Below, in pieces: positions 14,447-27,010 of a DNA stretch of 64,000 nucleotides; position 1 is the first letter of the stretch, and the number at the start of each line of letters is the position of its first letter. The position numbers were made by a program, and so were the translations under genes. Below the pieces are notes generated by a model. The model made no database searches. It saw only the letters and a program-made list of their open reading frames with translations, and had not been told where the DNA came from. The stretch covers positions 108,626,001 to 108,690,000 of the forward strand of contig NC_058368.1 in the NCBI RefSeq assembly GCF_018350175.1, written 5' to 3'. The stretch comes from Felis catus. Lineage: Eukaryota.

Positions 14447-15842
14447 TGTGATACTGTGATTTTTAATAAGAAATATAGATTTGGTTTTTCCCCCCATTGC
14501 TGACACAGAGCTCCTAAAACCTTTGTATTTCCCTAAGTGATAACAACAATAAAACTGTTTTTGTTAATGCGATGAAACTTTAAGAATGCACTTAAGAATG
14601 GGGGCTGCTTGCCAGGGGAATCGACCCTGGATTAGAGGGTTGGAATTTCTAGGCCCACCCCATAACCTAGGTAGGGGAGAGGGACTAGAGGTTTACTCAG
14701 TTGTCAACGGCCAATGATTTAGTCAACCATACCTACAGAATGAAGCTGTTACCAGCTAAACTCCAAGACCTGACCTCTACTGCTCACCTGCTTGTACCCA
14801 CCAACCTTTGTCCCACATTTTCCCTGAAGCTCTTCTTTCCCATTTATCTCTTAACAGAGGCAAAGAACCAAGGGGCATAGCCTGGAAGAAGACCTTCTAG
14901 GGCCAGACCACCCAGATCAGTTTGAGCATAACCACCCTGCCCCTGATTCACGCTTGTACAGATGAACTATGGAATGACCCAAGCTGTGAATGGCAGTTAC
15001 CTTTACCTCATTATAACACTAAAATCTCTGCCCAAGGAGGAGCACAAGCCTCATTTACATAATTATATGATATATGTACAAGCTTGTTTCCTTAAGTCGC
15101 ATGCACCACCTTGTGTCTGCCTCCACATATGATGACAAAACTCCTTTACCTAAATATTCATCCTAACCCTAAATAAAAGGAAACCATTCACCGTTTCTGG
15201 GGAGTCATGGCTTTGGAAGTTATTCCCCATGATCTCCTTATTTGCTGCAAATAAAGTTTCCTTTGTGTGACAACTCTACCTGGTATAGTTTCTACATGTG
15301 ACTTACCAAGGAATAAACTCATGTTAGTTTAGTTACATAGCGTCCATAAAACCCCAAAAGGACAGGGTTCAGAGAGTATCTGGGTTCATGAACATATGGA
15401 GATTCATGGACAGTGGTGCCCTAGAAGAAAGCATGGAAGCTCCTTGCCCTTTCCCCATATAATGCCCTATGCATTTCTTCCATGTGGCTATTCCTGAATT
15501 ATACTCTTTCAAAATAAACCAATAATCCAGTAAGTAAAATGTTTCTCCAAGTTCTGTGAGCTACTCCAGTAAATTAATAGAATCCAAGGAGGGGGTCATG
15601 GGAACCTCTGATTTAAAGTCAGTTGATGAGCAGCAGAGATAACAATCTAGGCTTCCAAGTGGGATCTGAAGTGGAGGGTGGTCTTGTGGAATTAAGCCTT
15701 TTACCTGTGGAATCCAATATCTTTGGGAAGTGTCAGAACTGAGTTGAATTCTAGGACACCCAGCTGCTGAGAGGAATATTGCTTGTTGGAAGTGTGGGGA
15801 GCCCCACTACACACACACACTTTGAAAATGGGTCCAGGAACC
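14447..15842 (+). mobile_element. MER21-like LTR split by a solo LTR
   Basis: tgtgatactgtgatttttaataagaaata...cacagagctcctaaaacc; resumes gtccataaaaccccaaaaggacagggttcagagag after the insert. Confidence 0.75.
14747..15337 (+). mobile_element. Solo ERV LTR (591 bp)
   Basis: TGTTAC...GTTACA termini, internal AATAAA, near-TSD AAGC/TAGC. Confidence 0.75.
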
Positions 15843-16559
15843 TAATTAGACCCAATAGGCTAGGGTGCCAAAGGCAGGCCAGGGGGATCAGATATCAAGG
15901 GTGGGAGATTCTCTGTAAACTGAGAAAATTCTTGCTAAAACTACATTCAGGATAGACACAGAAGCCCAAGGTCAAGGTCTAGTTAAGAAGAGGGCTCAGA
16001 GAAGCCTAACTAAAGTGTGATCAAGAAGAGAATCTTTGTCAATACAAATACTTGTATGTGAATGTTCCCAGCAGCGAACCAATCCAAATGCGTGAGTGAA
16101 TGGATAAACCTCTATATACCACACAATGGAATACCAAGTGGTGGGTGAATGGATAAACCTCTGTATACCACACAATGGAATACTACTTATCACTAAAAGG
16201 GGACAAACTATCAATGCACTCAACAACATGAATGAATTTCAAAATAATTATGCTAAGTAAAAGATGCCAGATCAAAAATTCTCCAATCTCTCACTTGAGT
16301 AATCCCCAAACTCCAGAAAAATGTAAACCAATCTATAATTACCATAACTAGATCAGTAGTTTCTTGGGGGGTAGGGGCAGGAAGGACAAGATTGGTAAAC
16401 AGGAGGAGGAAACTTTTGGGTTGATAGATATTTTCACTATCTTGATTGTGGTGGTGGTTTCACAGTTGCATACATATGTGAAAACTTTCAAATTATACAC
16501 TTTAAATAATGTGCAGTGTATTGAATGTCAATTATTCCTCAATAAAGACGCTTTAAAAT

Positions 16560-16952
16560 TTATTTTATTTTTATTTTACTTTATTTTATGTTTATTTTAT
16601 TTTGAGAGAGACAGAGCATGAGTTGGGGAGGAGCAGACAGAGAGGGAGACACAGAATCTAAAGCAGGCTTCAGACTCTGAGCTGTAAGCACAGAATCCAA
16701 CACAGGGCTTGAACGCATGAACCATGAGATCATGACCTGAGCCAAAGTCAGATGCTTAACCGAGCCCAGGCACGCCTTTTTTATTTTAAAGAGAGAGCAT
16801 GCAAGTGGGGGAGAGGGGCAGATGGAAAGAGAGAATCTTAAGCAGACTCTATACTTAGTGCGGAGCCTGACACAGGGCTCAATCACTGGGATCATGATCT
16901 GAGCTGAAATCAAAAGTCGGACACTTAACCAAATGAACCACCAGGCGCCCCA
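16560..16952 (-). mobile_element. Two tandem Can-SINEs
   Basis: Two antisense bodies, each starting with a T-rich tail. Confidence 0.9.
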
Positions 16953-17932
16953 TAAGATGTTTTTTTAAAAAGGTAAAAGTCTCCCGTTTCACCTGACCTC
17001 TCGATATAATGTGCTATAGTCTTGTGTTTCCCTACTTCTTCCATTCCAAGTTCCTATTTCAATTTATTTTTACTTCCCTTCAGCCTCTTACACTACATTT
17101 TCTTTCTCTCTCTCTCTCTCAGGAAACTATCTCTTTAACTGCCTCTGGTCTCAGCTTTTTATAATCTGTTCTCCATCCCTGGAGCCAGAAGGACATATGA
17201 TATCATCCCTTGTTCACAATTATTGGCCCCTCTCAGGAAAAAGATCCAAATTGTTTAATATGGATTAAAGACTCTTTGAAATCTTGGCCCTTATTTACCT
17301 TTAGAATCTCATCACCAGCTTTCTCCCCACCATCTGGATTCCCATCCTCACCCCAGGGGCTCACTGAAAAGATCTGGCTACACTAAACCACTACATATCC
17401 CTAAAATTTTGCCTTTTTATTTCTTTCTCCCTGCCTCTTTCTCTTACACTGTCCTTCTGTCTGTCTGCTCCCATGCTTCTTCTCTCTGGCTCTTTCTCCC
17501 CCCACACCCCACTTTCTGTTCCCTCTTTTTCTGCTTATCCCCTATCTCTACTCCCACCCCCATGGCACTTAGCTTGATGACTTTTATGTTTTCTTTTATA
17601 ATAAAGCATAATACTTCTGTGTATTCATCCTAACACAATGAAATTGGTGACCACAGTTTTAATTTATAGATGAAATAGGTGTTTTGGATCAAAGTAGGTT
17701 AATACTGTTTCCTCTAGTTGTTTAATAACCCCAAGTCTTGACAATGCAAAGTGTTCTGGCTGTGGCAGCCTAATATCTTTTATTTAGAATTGTAACTGAT
17801 AGCTGCCTCCACATGTAGATGATGTTAGCCACAAATGAGCTACAGATTTCTTAGAGCATCTCATATACTAAGTACCTAATATGATAGTAATAATTTCTTT
17901 TAGTAATTGAAGGAAAAATTGAGAATACTAAC

Positions 17933-18052
17933 CTCATTTGAAGAATTTTCTTGCAAACTTGACACTGGAAAAATTTCATTTGAATTAACATAAGTGCTGA
18001 CATTTGGAAATAGTTCTTCAAAAGATGCTCTCTGCACTGAGGACAAATCAAT
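17933..18052 (-). CDS. MEIKIN: MEIKIN coding exon, 120 nt, IDLSSVQRASFEELFPNVSTYVNSNEIFPVSSLQENSSNE
   Basis: Minus strand ttttttatag|ATTGATTTG...AATGAG|gttagt; phase 0-0; nearly identical to the recalled human segment. Confidence 0.96.
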
Positions 18053-18330
18053 CTATAAAAAATATATTACTCTTATAGAAGTGAAGTGCTGGAAAAGCAA
18101 TTATTTTTACATACTTAAAGTTGAAATACTCTCTCATTAGAAGCATTTTCTTGTGAAAAAATATGGAGTTTCTTTCTAAGGTGATAAAAAGATTCTAAAA
18201 TTGACTGTGGTGATGACTGAACATACCTGTGAATACACTAAAAAGCAGTGAATTTCACACTCTAAATAGGTGAACTGTATGGAATGTGAATTATATCTCA
18301 ATAAAGCTGTTTTTAAAAAGCCCACAACAA

Positions 18331-20338
18331 CTCTATGTAGAAAACCCTAAATACTCCACCAAAAAATTGCTAGAATACATGAATTCAGCAAAGTCACAGG
18401 ATATAAAATCAATGTGCATTTCTATACACCAATAACAAAGCAGAAGAAAAAGAATTCAAGGAATCAATCCCATTTCCAATTGCATCAAAAACAATAAGAT
18501 ACCTAGGAATAAACCTAACTAAAGAGGTAAAAGATCTATATTCTGAAAACTATAGAACACTTATGAAAGAAATTAAAGAGGACACAAGGAAATGGAAAAG
18601 TAGCCCATGCTCAGGGACTGGAAGGACAAACATTGTTAAAATGTCTATACTACTCAAAGCAATCTACACATTGAATGAAATCCCTACCAAATTACCACCT
18701 GCATTTTTCAGAGAGCTAGAACAAATAATCCTAAAATTTGTATGGAACCACAAAAGACTCCAATCCTGAAAAAGAAAAACAAAACTGGAGGCATCACGAT
18801 TCTAGATTTCAAGCTATATTACAAAGCTGTAGTCATCAAGACAGTATGTTACTGGCACAAAAACAGACATAGATCAGTAGAACAGAGTAGAAAACCTAGA
18901 AATGGACCTACAACTATATGGTCAACTCTTCTTCAACAAAGCAGGAAAGAATATCCGATGGAAAAAAGACAGTGTTTTCAACAAATGGTGTTGGGAAAAC
19001 TGGATGGCAGCATGCAGAAGAATGAAACTGGACCGCTTTCTTATACCATACAGAAAAATCAATTCAAAATGGATCAAAGACCTAAATGTGAGAAAGGAAA
19101 CCATTAAAATCCTAGAGGAGAAACACACACAGCAATCTCTGTGGCCTCGGTCACAGCAACTTCTTACTAGACACATTGCTGACGGCAATGGAAACAAAAG
19201 CAAACATCAACTATTGTGACCTCATCAAGATAAAAACCTTCTGCACAGTGTAGGAAACAATCAACAAAACTAAAAGGCAGCCTACAGAATGGGAGAAGAT
19301 ATTTGCAAGAATGGGAGAAGATATTTGCAAATGACATAGCTGAGAAAGGGTTAATATCCAAAATCTATAAAGAACTTACCAAACTCAACACCCAAAAACC
19401 AAACAGCTCAGTTAAGAAATGGACAGGAGACATGAATAGACATTTTTCCAAAGAAGACACCCAAATGGATAACAGACACATGAAAAGATGGTCAACATCA
19501 TTCATCATCATGGAAATACAAATCAAAACCACAATGAGATACCATCTTACACCTGTCAGAACGGCTAAACTTAACACCACCAGAAACAACAAGTATTGGT
19601 GAGGATGCAAAGAAAGGAGAACCCTTAAAAAAAAAAAAAAAGAAAGGGGAACCCTTTTGCACTACTGGTGGGAATGCAAATTGGTGCAGCCAAAGAACAG
19701 TACAGAGGTTCCTCAAGAAATTAAAAATAGAACTACCCTACAATCCAGCAATTGTACTATTAGGTATTTGCCCAAAGGATACAAATATACAGATTTGAAG
19801 GGGTACATGCACCCCGATGTTTGTATCAGTATTATCAACAATAACCAAACCATGCAGAGAGTGCAAATGTCTATCAACTGATGAATGGATAAAGAATATT
19901 TGGTATATGTACCCAGTGGAATATTACTCAACCATCAAAAAGAATGAAATCTTGCCATTTGCAATGATGTGGATGGAGCTAGAATGTATTATGCTAAGAG
20001 AAATAAGTCAATCAGAAAAAGACAAATACCATATGATTTCACTCCTATGTAGAATCTAAAAAACAAAACAGATGAACATATAGGAAGGGGGGGTGAGAGA
20101 GAAGAGAGGGAAACAAACCATAAGAGACTTTTCATGACAGAGAACAAACTATGGATTCACGGAGGGAGGTGGGTAGGAGATGGGCTAGATAGACGATGGT
20201 TACTAAGGAGGGCACTTGTGATAAGCACTGGGTGTTATATGTAAGTGATCAATCACTGAATTCTATTCTTGAAACCAATATTGCACTGTATGTCAACTAA
20301 AATTTAAATTAAAAAAAATAAAAAGTAAAAAAAAAGAT
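18331..20338 (+). mobile_element. 5'-truncated carnivore L1
   Basis: ORF2 fragments; TSD AAAAAGCCCAC(A/T)ACAA at 18315-18330 and 20339-20354. Confidence 0.95.
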
Positions 20339-21849
20339 AAAAAGCCCACTACAAAAAAAGTGTTAAACATACAATTACTATGTGACTCAGCGATTCTACT
20401 TCCTCTTACAGGTATATACCCAATACAGTTGAAGACATATATTCACACAAAAACTTGCACATGAGTGTTCATAACAGTATTATTTTTCATAATGCTATCA
20501 AACTGACAAATTAGTAAACAAAATGTGGTATATCCTTGCTATGGGATATTATTCAGCCAGAAATAAGGAAGAAAGTACATGTTATAACATGGATGAACTT
20601 TGAAAACATTATGTTAACTGAAAGAAGGCAATTACAAAAGGCCACATATTCTATGATTCCAGTTATATAAAATAGCCAGAACAAGTAAACCTATAAAGAA
20701 CCCTTTTCCTCAGCTTGAAAAACTGATCGATGGTTAATTCTCACACTCTATTCTACTAGGAGGGTGTTAAAGGTAACAATGTCAACATTGCTGGTGGTAA
20801 AAATGATGATAAGTTGTATCCAGACTAGGAAAGGCTATAAATGAATTATGAATAAATGATAAATATACTATATGTAAATAGCTCCTATGAAAAGCACCAT
20901 ACTTTGAATTTCCCTGACTCTTCATGTTTATTTATTTTTGAGACAAAGAGAGACAGAGTGAGAGTGGGAGGAGGGGGAGAGAGAGAGGCTCCAAGAATCT
21001 GAAGCAGGCTCCAAGCTCTGAACTGTCAGCAAAGAGCCTGAAGCAGGGCTGGAACTCACGAACTGCGAGATCATGACCTGAGCCAGAGTCAGATACTTAA
21101 CCTACTGAACCACCAAGGTGCCCATGAATTTCCCTGACTTGTAATCTGGCATGTCTCTTGTGGGGACCCTGGAAGCTATGTCTATGTGCTATCACAAAAT
21201 ATACTAGATCTCATCTTCTTGTATCTGAGTTGTCCCCAAACTGCTAAATAAACTGCTTCATGGACTTCTGTGAAAACTGATCCCACTAAAGAGGAACACC
21301 ATTTCTGCCCTGCTTGCAAGTTGTATTCCTGTTGTTTACTTGAATATGAGAAGAACCCTAACTGGGTAAGAGCCAAATTCTAAGACTCTTATAAGAAAAC
21401 AGAGGGGTAAAATTTAATGACATTGAATTGTGCAATGCACTCTTGGCTATGACACCGAAAGCACAGGCAAAGAAAAAATAGATAAATTGGACTACATATA
21501 AATTAAAGATTTTGGGGTGTCTAGTGTGGCTCAGTAGGTTAGGTGTCCAAATTCAGCTCAGGTCATGATCTCATGGTTCATGAGTTTGAGCCCCACATGG
21601 GCCTCTCTGTTGTCAGCGGAGAGCCTGCTTTGGATTCTCTGTCTCCCTCTCTCTGTCCTTCCCCCCCCCCCCGCCTCTCTCCATCTCTCTCTCAAAAATA
21701 AACATTTTTAAAAAAATGAATGCTTTTGTACAAAAAAGGATACTGTCAACAGAATGAAAAGGTAACCCACAGAATGGGAGAAAATATTTGCAAACTATAT
21801 ATCTGATAAGAAGTTAAAATCTCAAATATATTTAAAAAAACTCCTGTAA

Positions 21850-22538
21850 AACGGGAACCCTCTTGCACTGTTGGTGGGAATGCAAATTGGTGCAGCCACT
21901 CTGGAAAACAGTGTGGAGGTTCCTCAAAAAATTAAAAATAGACCTACCCTATGACCCAGCAATAGCACTGCTAGGAATTTACCCAAGGGATACAGGAGTA
22001 CTGATGCATAGGGGCCCTTGTACCCCAATGTTTATAGCAGCACTCTCAACAATAGCCAAATTATGGAAAGAGCCTAAATGTCCATCAACTGATGAATGGA
22101 TAAAGAAATTGTGGTTTATATACACAATGGAGTACTACGTGGCAATGAGAAAGAAGGAAATATGGCCCTTTGTAGCAACATGGATGGAACTGGAGAGTGT
22201 TATGCTAAGTGAAATAAGCCATACAGAGAAAGACAGATATGTACGGTTTCACTCTTATGTGGATCCTGAGAAACTTAACAGAAACCCATGGGGGAGGGGA
22301 AGGAGAAAAAAAAAAAAGAGGTTAGAGTGGGAGAGAGAGCCAAAGCATAAGAGACTCTTAAAAACTGAGAACAAACTGAGGGTTGATGGAGGGTGGGAGG
22401 GAGGGGAGGGTGGGTGATGGGTATTGAGGAGGGCACCTTTTGGGATGAGCACTGGGTGTTGTATGGAAACCAATTTGACAATAAACTTCATATATTGGAA
22501 AAAAAATAAATAAATATTCAAAACAAATAAAAAAAATT
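21850..22538 (+). mobile_element. Young felid L1 3' fragment (about 690 bp)
   Basis: Nearly intact ORF2 C-terminus ([40 protein letters not shown]); perfect TSD AAAAAAACTCCTGTAA at 21834-21849 and 22539-22554. Confidence 0.96.
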
Positions 22539-22970
22539 AAAAAAACTCCTGTAACTCAACAATAAATAAATAAGCTGATTAAAAAATGGGCAATTGACTT
22601 GAGTAGACATGTCTCAAAAGAAGATACATAAGTCGCAAATAAGCACATAAAAAGATGCTCAATATCACTAGCCATTAGGGAAATAGAAATCAAAACCATA
22701 ACGAGATACCATCTTACACCCATAAGGATGGCCATTAGTTAAAAAACACAGCTGGGGCACCTGGGTGGCTCATTTGGTTAAGTATCAACTTTGGCTCAGG
22801 TTCTCGTGTTTCACGAGTTTGAGCCCCACATCAGGCTCTGTGCTGACAGCTCAGAGCCTGGAGCCTGCTTCAGATTCTGTGTCTCCCTCTCTCTCTGCCC
22901 CTCCCCGACTCATGTTCTGTCTCTCAAAAACAAATAAAAACATTAAAAAAATGTTTTTTAAAAACACAGA

Positions 22971-24242
22971 GTTGTAATCATCAAGACAGTTTGGTATTGG
23001 CACAAAAACAGACACATGGATCAATGGAATAGAAAACCCAAAAATGGACCCATAAATATGTGGCCAACTAATCTTTGAAAAAAGCAGGAAAGAGTATCCA
23101 GTGGAAAAAAAAGTCTCTAGCAAATGGTGTTAGGAGAACTGGACAGCAACATGCAGAAGAATGAACCTGGACCACCTTCTTCTACCATACACACAAAAAA
23201 ACTCAAATGGATGAAAGACCTAAACATAAGACAGGAAGCCATTAAAATCCTAGAGGAGAAAACATGCAACAACCTCTTTGACCTCAGCCATGGCAACTTC
23301 TTACTTGACATGTTTCTGGAGGCAAAGGAAACAAAAGCAAAAATGAAATACTGGGACCTCATCAAGATAAAAACCTTCTGCATGGTGAAGGAAACAAACA
23401 GCAAAACTAAAAGGCAACCAATGGAATGGGAAAAGATATTTGCAAATGACATTTCAAAGAAGACATCCAGATGGCTAACAAACACATGAAAAGATGCTCA
23501 ACATTACTCATCATCAGGGAAATATAAATCAAACCACAATGAGATACCACTTCATACCTGTCAGAATGGCTAAAATTAACAACTCAGGCAACAAAAGATG
23601 TTGGCGATGCAGAGATGTGGAGAAAGAGGAACACTTTTGCACTGCTGGTGGGAATGTAAACTGGTTCAGCCACTGTGGAAAACAGTATGGAGGCTCCTCA
23701 AAACATTAAAAATACAACTACCTTACAATCCAGCAATTGCACTACTAGGTATTCATCCAAAGGATAAAAAAATGCTGATTCAAAGGGGCACATGCACCCT
23801 AATGTCTATAGCAGTGCTATCAACGATAGCCAAATTATGGGAAGAGCCCAAATGCCCATCAATTGATGAATGGATACAGAAGATGTGCTACATACAATGG
23901 AATACTACTTGGCAATGAGAAAGAATGAAATCTGGCCATTTGTAGCAATGTGGATGGAACTAGAGATTATTATGATAAGTGAAACAAGTCAGGCAGAGAA
24001 AGACGGATACCATATGTTTTCACTCATACAAGGATCCTGAGAAACTTAACAGAAGACCAGGGGGGAAGGGAAGGGGAAAAAAAAAGTTATAGAGAGGGAA
24101 GGAGGCAAACCATAAAAGACTCAAATACTGAGAACTAAGGGTTGATGAGAGGTGGGAGAGAAGGGAAAGTGGGTGATGGGCATTGAGGAGGGCACCTGTT
24201 GGGATGAGCACTGGGTGTTGTATGAAAACCAAGTCGACAATA

Positions 24243-24286
<44 letters not shown>

Positions 24287-24712
24287 ATGTGGTACATATA
24301 AAAAATGGAATACTACTCAGCAATCAAAAAGAATAATCTTGTCATTTGCAACACAATGGATGGACCTAGAGTGTATTATGCTAAGCTAAATAAGTCAGTC
24401 AGAGAAAGACAAATGTCATGATTTCACTCATATGTGAAATCTGAGAAACATAACAGATAATCATAGGAGAAGGGAAAGAAAAATAAGATAAAAACAGAGA
24501 GGCAGGCAAACCATAAGAGACTCTTAAATATGGAGAACAAACTGAGGATTGCTGGAGGGGAGGTGGCTGGGACGGGTGGGTTAAAGGGTGATGGGCATTA
24601 AAGAGGGCACTTTTTGGTATAAGCACTGGGTGTCATATGTAAGAGATAAATCACTGAAGCCAAGATTACACTGTATACTAATGTGAATTTAATTTAAAAA
24701 ATAAAATAAAAA
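22971..24712 (+). mobile_element. 5'-truncated carnivore L1 with a nested L1 3' end (23895-24283)
   Basis: ORF2 fragments 23124-23918; two successive 3' UTRs. Confidence 0.9.
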
Positions 24713-25974
24713 TACAATTGCACTTATGTTTGAATACATCCTAGAAAAAAAATGTCTTGGAATATAAAAAACTACTATGTATATTCTTCATGCTTTTCTG
24801 CCTTTCTTGAAATTTATATTTTCAATGAACATGTAGTTTATAATTGAAGATAGATGTATTTCTGTTTCTAAAGAAAAAAAAATATATTCAAAATCTTGGA
24901 GCAGAGTTAATCTGTCATTGTGTCAATTTTGTGGCAGGATGATGTAACTAACTTTTTTCCTTAGAACGTATTGACATTCATTTAAAGATAACATAACACA
25001 TTTGTGTTCATCAAGGTAGTCTGTGGATATGATTAAACATGAATGCCCACCTTATAGTAAGAAATAAAATGAAAATTGTAAACAAAACAAAACAAAACAG
25101 AAAAACACACAGAAAATAGTAAGTGTTGGCAAGGATGTAGAGAAGTTGGAATGCTCGCACATTTTACGGAGAATGTAAAATAGTACAGCTGATATGGAAA
25201 AGAATATGGCAGCTCCTCAAAAAGTTAAAAATGAGAATTACCATATGATCCAGCAATTTCACTTTGAAGTATATACCTAAAAGAAGTGAAAGAAGAGATA
25301 CAAAGAGATATGTGAACACCCATGTTCAAAGCAGCATTATTCACACTGGCCAAAAGATGAAGCAACCCAAATGTCCACAGACAATTGAACGGATAAACAA
25401 AATGTGGTATATACATATAATGGAATATATTAATCCTTTAAAAAGGAAAAAATTTCTGACACAGGCTACAACATTGGTGAGGACATTATGCTAAATGAAA
25501 TTTGTCACAAAAGGACAAATTCTATATGATTCCATTTATATGAAGTATCTAGACTGGTCAAAATCATAGAGAGAAGTTAGAATAGTGTTTGATAGGAACT
25601 ACAGGATGGAGAAATGAGGAGCTATTGTTTAATGTACGGAGTTTCAGTTTGGCAAGAAGAAAAAAGTTCTGAGTGAAAAAAAAGTGATGGTTCTACAACA
25701 ATATGAATGTACTTGAACTGTATAGTTAAAAAGAGTTAAAATGGTAAGTTTACTTACCATATTTTACTACAATAAAAAAATGAAAAAGAATCTTTCTAAT
25801 TTTTCTTCCACATATAGCACTATATAGAGTACTTCCAGCAAAAGCATGTTTATACAACAGAAAACCACAGACATCATTCCATATGTACAAAATTATTCTG
25901 GTGTGGCACAAACAGAAAAATAGGGAGGAGGGGGAACCAGAAAATAGATACAAGTGCCAAATGCTAATACTTAC

Positions 25975-26055
25975 CACTAAACCAGCAGTTTGCGAAGATG
26001 GAGTACTTGTTAAGAGGTCTCTGCTTTTCTTATCAGGAGTACTAGAATTTGTACT
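25975..26055 (-). CDS. MEIKIN: MEIKIN coding exon, 81 nt, STNSSTPDKKSRDLLTSTPSSQTAGLV (two S-T-P Polo-box motifs)
   Basis: Minus strand catttatag|AGTACAAATTCT...TTAGTG|gtaagt; phase 0-0; resembles human KTNSSTPGKKNRGLLTSTPSSETAGFV (recalled). Confidence 0.94.
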
Positions 26056-26604
26056 CTATAAATGTTTTGTGAAATAGGGGATTGAATAGCAGAAAGAAAG
26101 AAAAAAAATTAATACAGTAAAAACACAGTATCAAATTAGTAGACTAGATCATAATGTGTCAGACTAATAAAATTTTAATGTGCTAATTAAATTTTAAACC
26201 ACTAGACAAGAAACTAAAAAATCTTCTGGCTTGAGCTAGGTCAAGAAACTCCTAAGAGAACTCTATGTAGGACAAGAACTGTGCAAGAATACTTTGCGTG
26301 AAATCACTACTAATTTCAGAAGGTACACTAATTTAAGTTTTCAACTAGGAAATGGTGCTATGATTATCTTTTTTACTGCTAATAAAAAAGTATTTTACTT
26401 TTAGAATTTGTTTAATTCCTAGTATATTATTTTACTTTTTATAGAAAGGGATTTTAAGTTATTTCTGAAGCTGTTAAAAATATGTGTAATAAGGATAATT
26501 GGTTTAAAATAATACATATAAATGTATATAGACACTTCCATATATGCAGTATCAAAGTCAGAGAAATAATAAAGGCTCAATTCCTATTTTTTGAAGATGC
26601 AAAG

Positions 26605-27010
26605 AATCAGACACACAGAGAGACAGGTAGACAAATCAAGAAAGAGAGAGCAAGAGAAAGACAGGATCAGAGACCTAAAAGTTTAAGAGAGAGAGGTAGG
26701 GATGGGGGAGGGGGGAAATGGGAAAAGGAGGAAAGGGAGAAGGAAAGGGAGGAAGAATGAGGAGAGAAAAGAGATGAAGGAAAAAAAGAGAAAGATTGAG
26801 AAGAGAGAGGGAGAGAGAAGAAGGATGAAGAAGATAGAGACCAACAAACTATGAACAGAAAGAAACTAACAGAGAAACAGAATTAGAGACAGAGAAGAAC
26901 AGATGGAGAGAGATCAAGACAGAGATAGGATGAAGAGAGACAGAGATTGAGACTGAGAGACAAAAACCAGGGAAGGCAAAGACAAACAGGCAGCTGCGAA
27001 AGACAGTGAC
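26605..27010. repeat. GA-rich low-complexity purine tract
   Basis: About 400 nt that are overwhelmingly A/G on the plus strand. Confidence 0.85.

Larger units (their letters stand above)
14281..16041 (-). mobile_element. MER31-like LTR split by nested LTRs
   Basis: Reverse complement of the right end reads tgacaaagattctcttcttgatcacactttagttaggcttctctgagccctcttc (MER31 start as recalled); similar agatatcaagggt/agacatcaagggt motifs on both sides of the insert. Confidence 0.7.
21375..25780 (+). mobile_element. Old L1 (L1MB-like) 3' region hosting two SINEs (about 21514-21715, 22753-22960) and younger L1s
   Basis: Host sequence resumes after each insert, e.g. ...ggatggccattagttaaaaaacacag // aaaatagtaagtgttggcaaggatgtagagaag; ends with an L1MB-type 3' end. 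Confidence 0.8.

Noticed and set aside
17851..18051. ORF MICPQCREH...CQVCKK resembling a CxxC zinc finger
   Set aside because: It is the wrong reading frame of the real MEIKIN exon.
21863..22417. 184-aa ORF as a novel protein
   Set aside because: It is the L1 ORF2 C-terminus running into the 3' UTR after a small frameshift.
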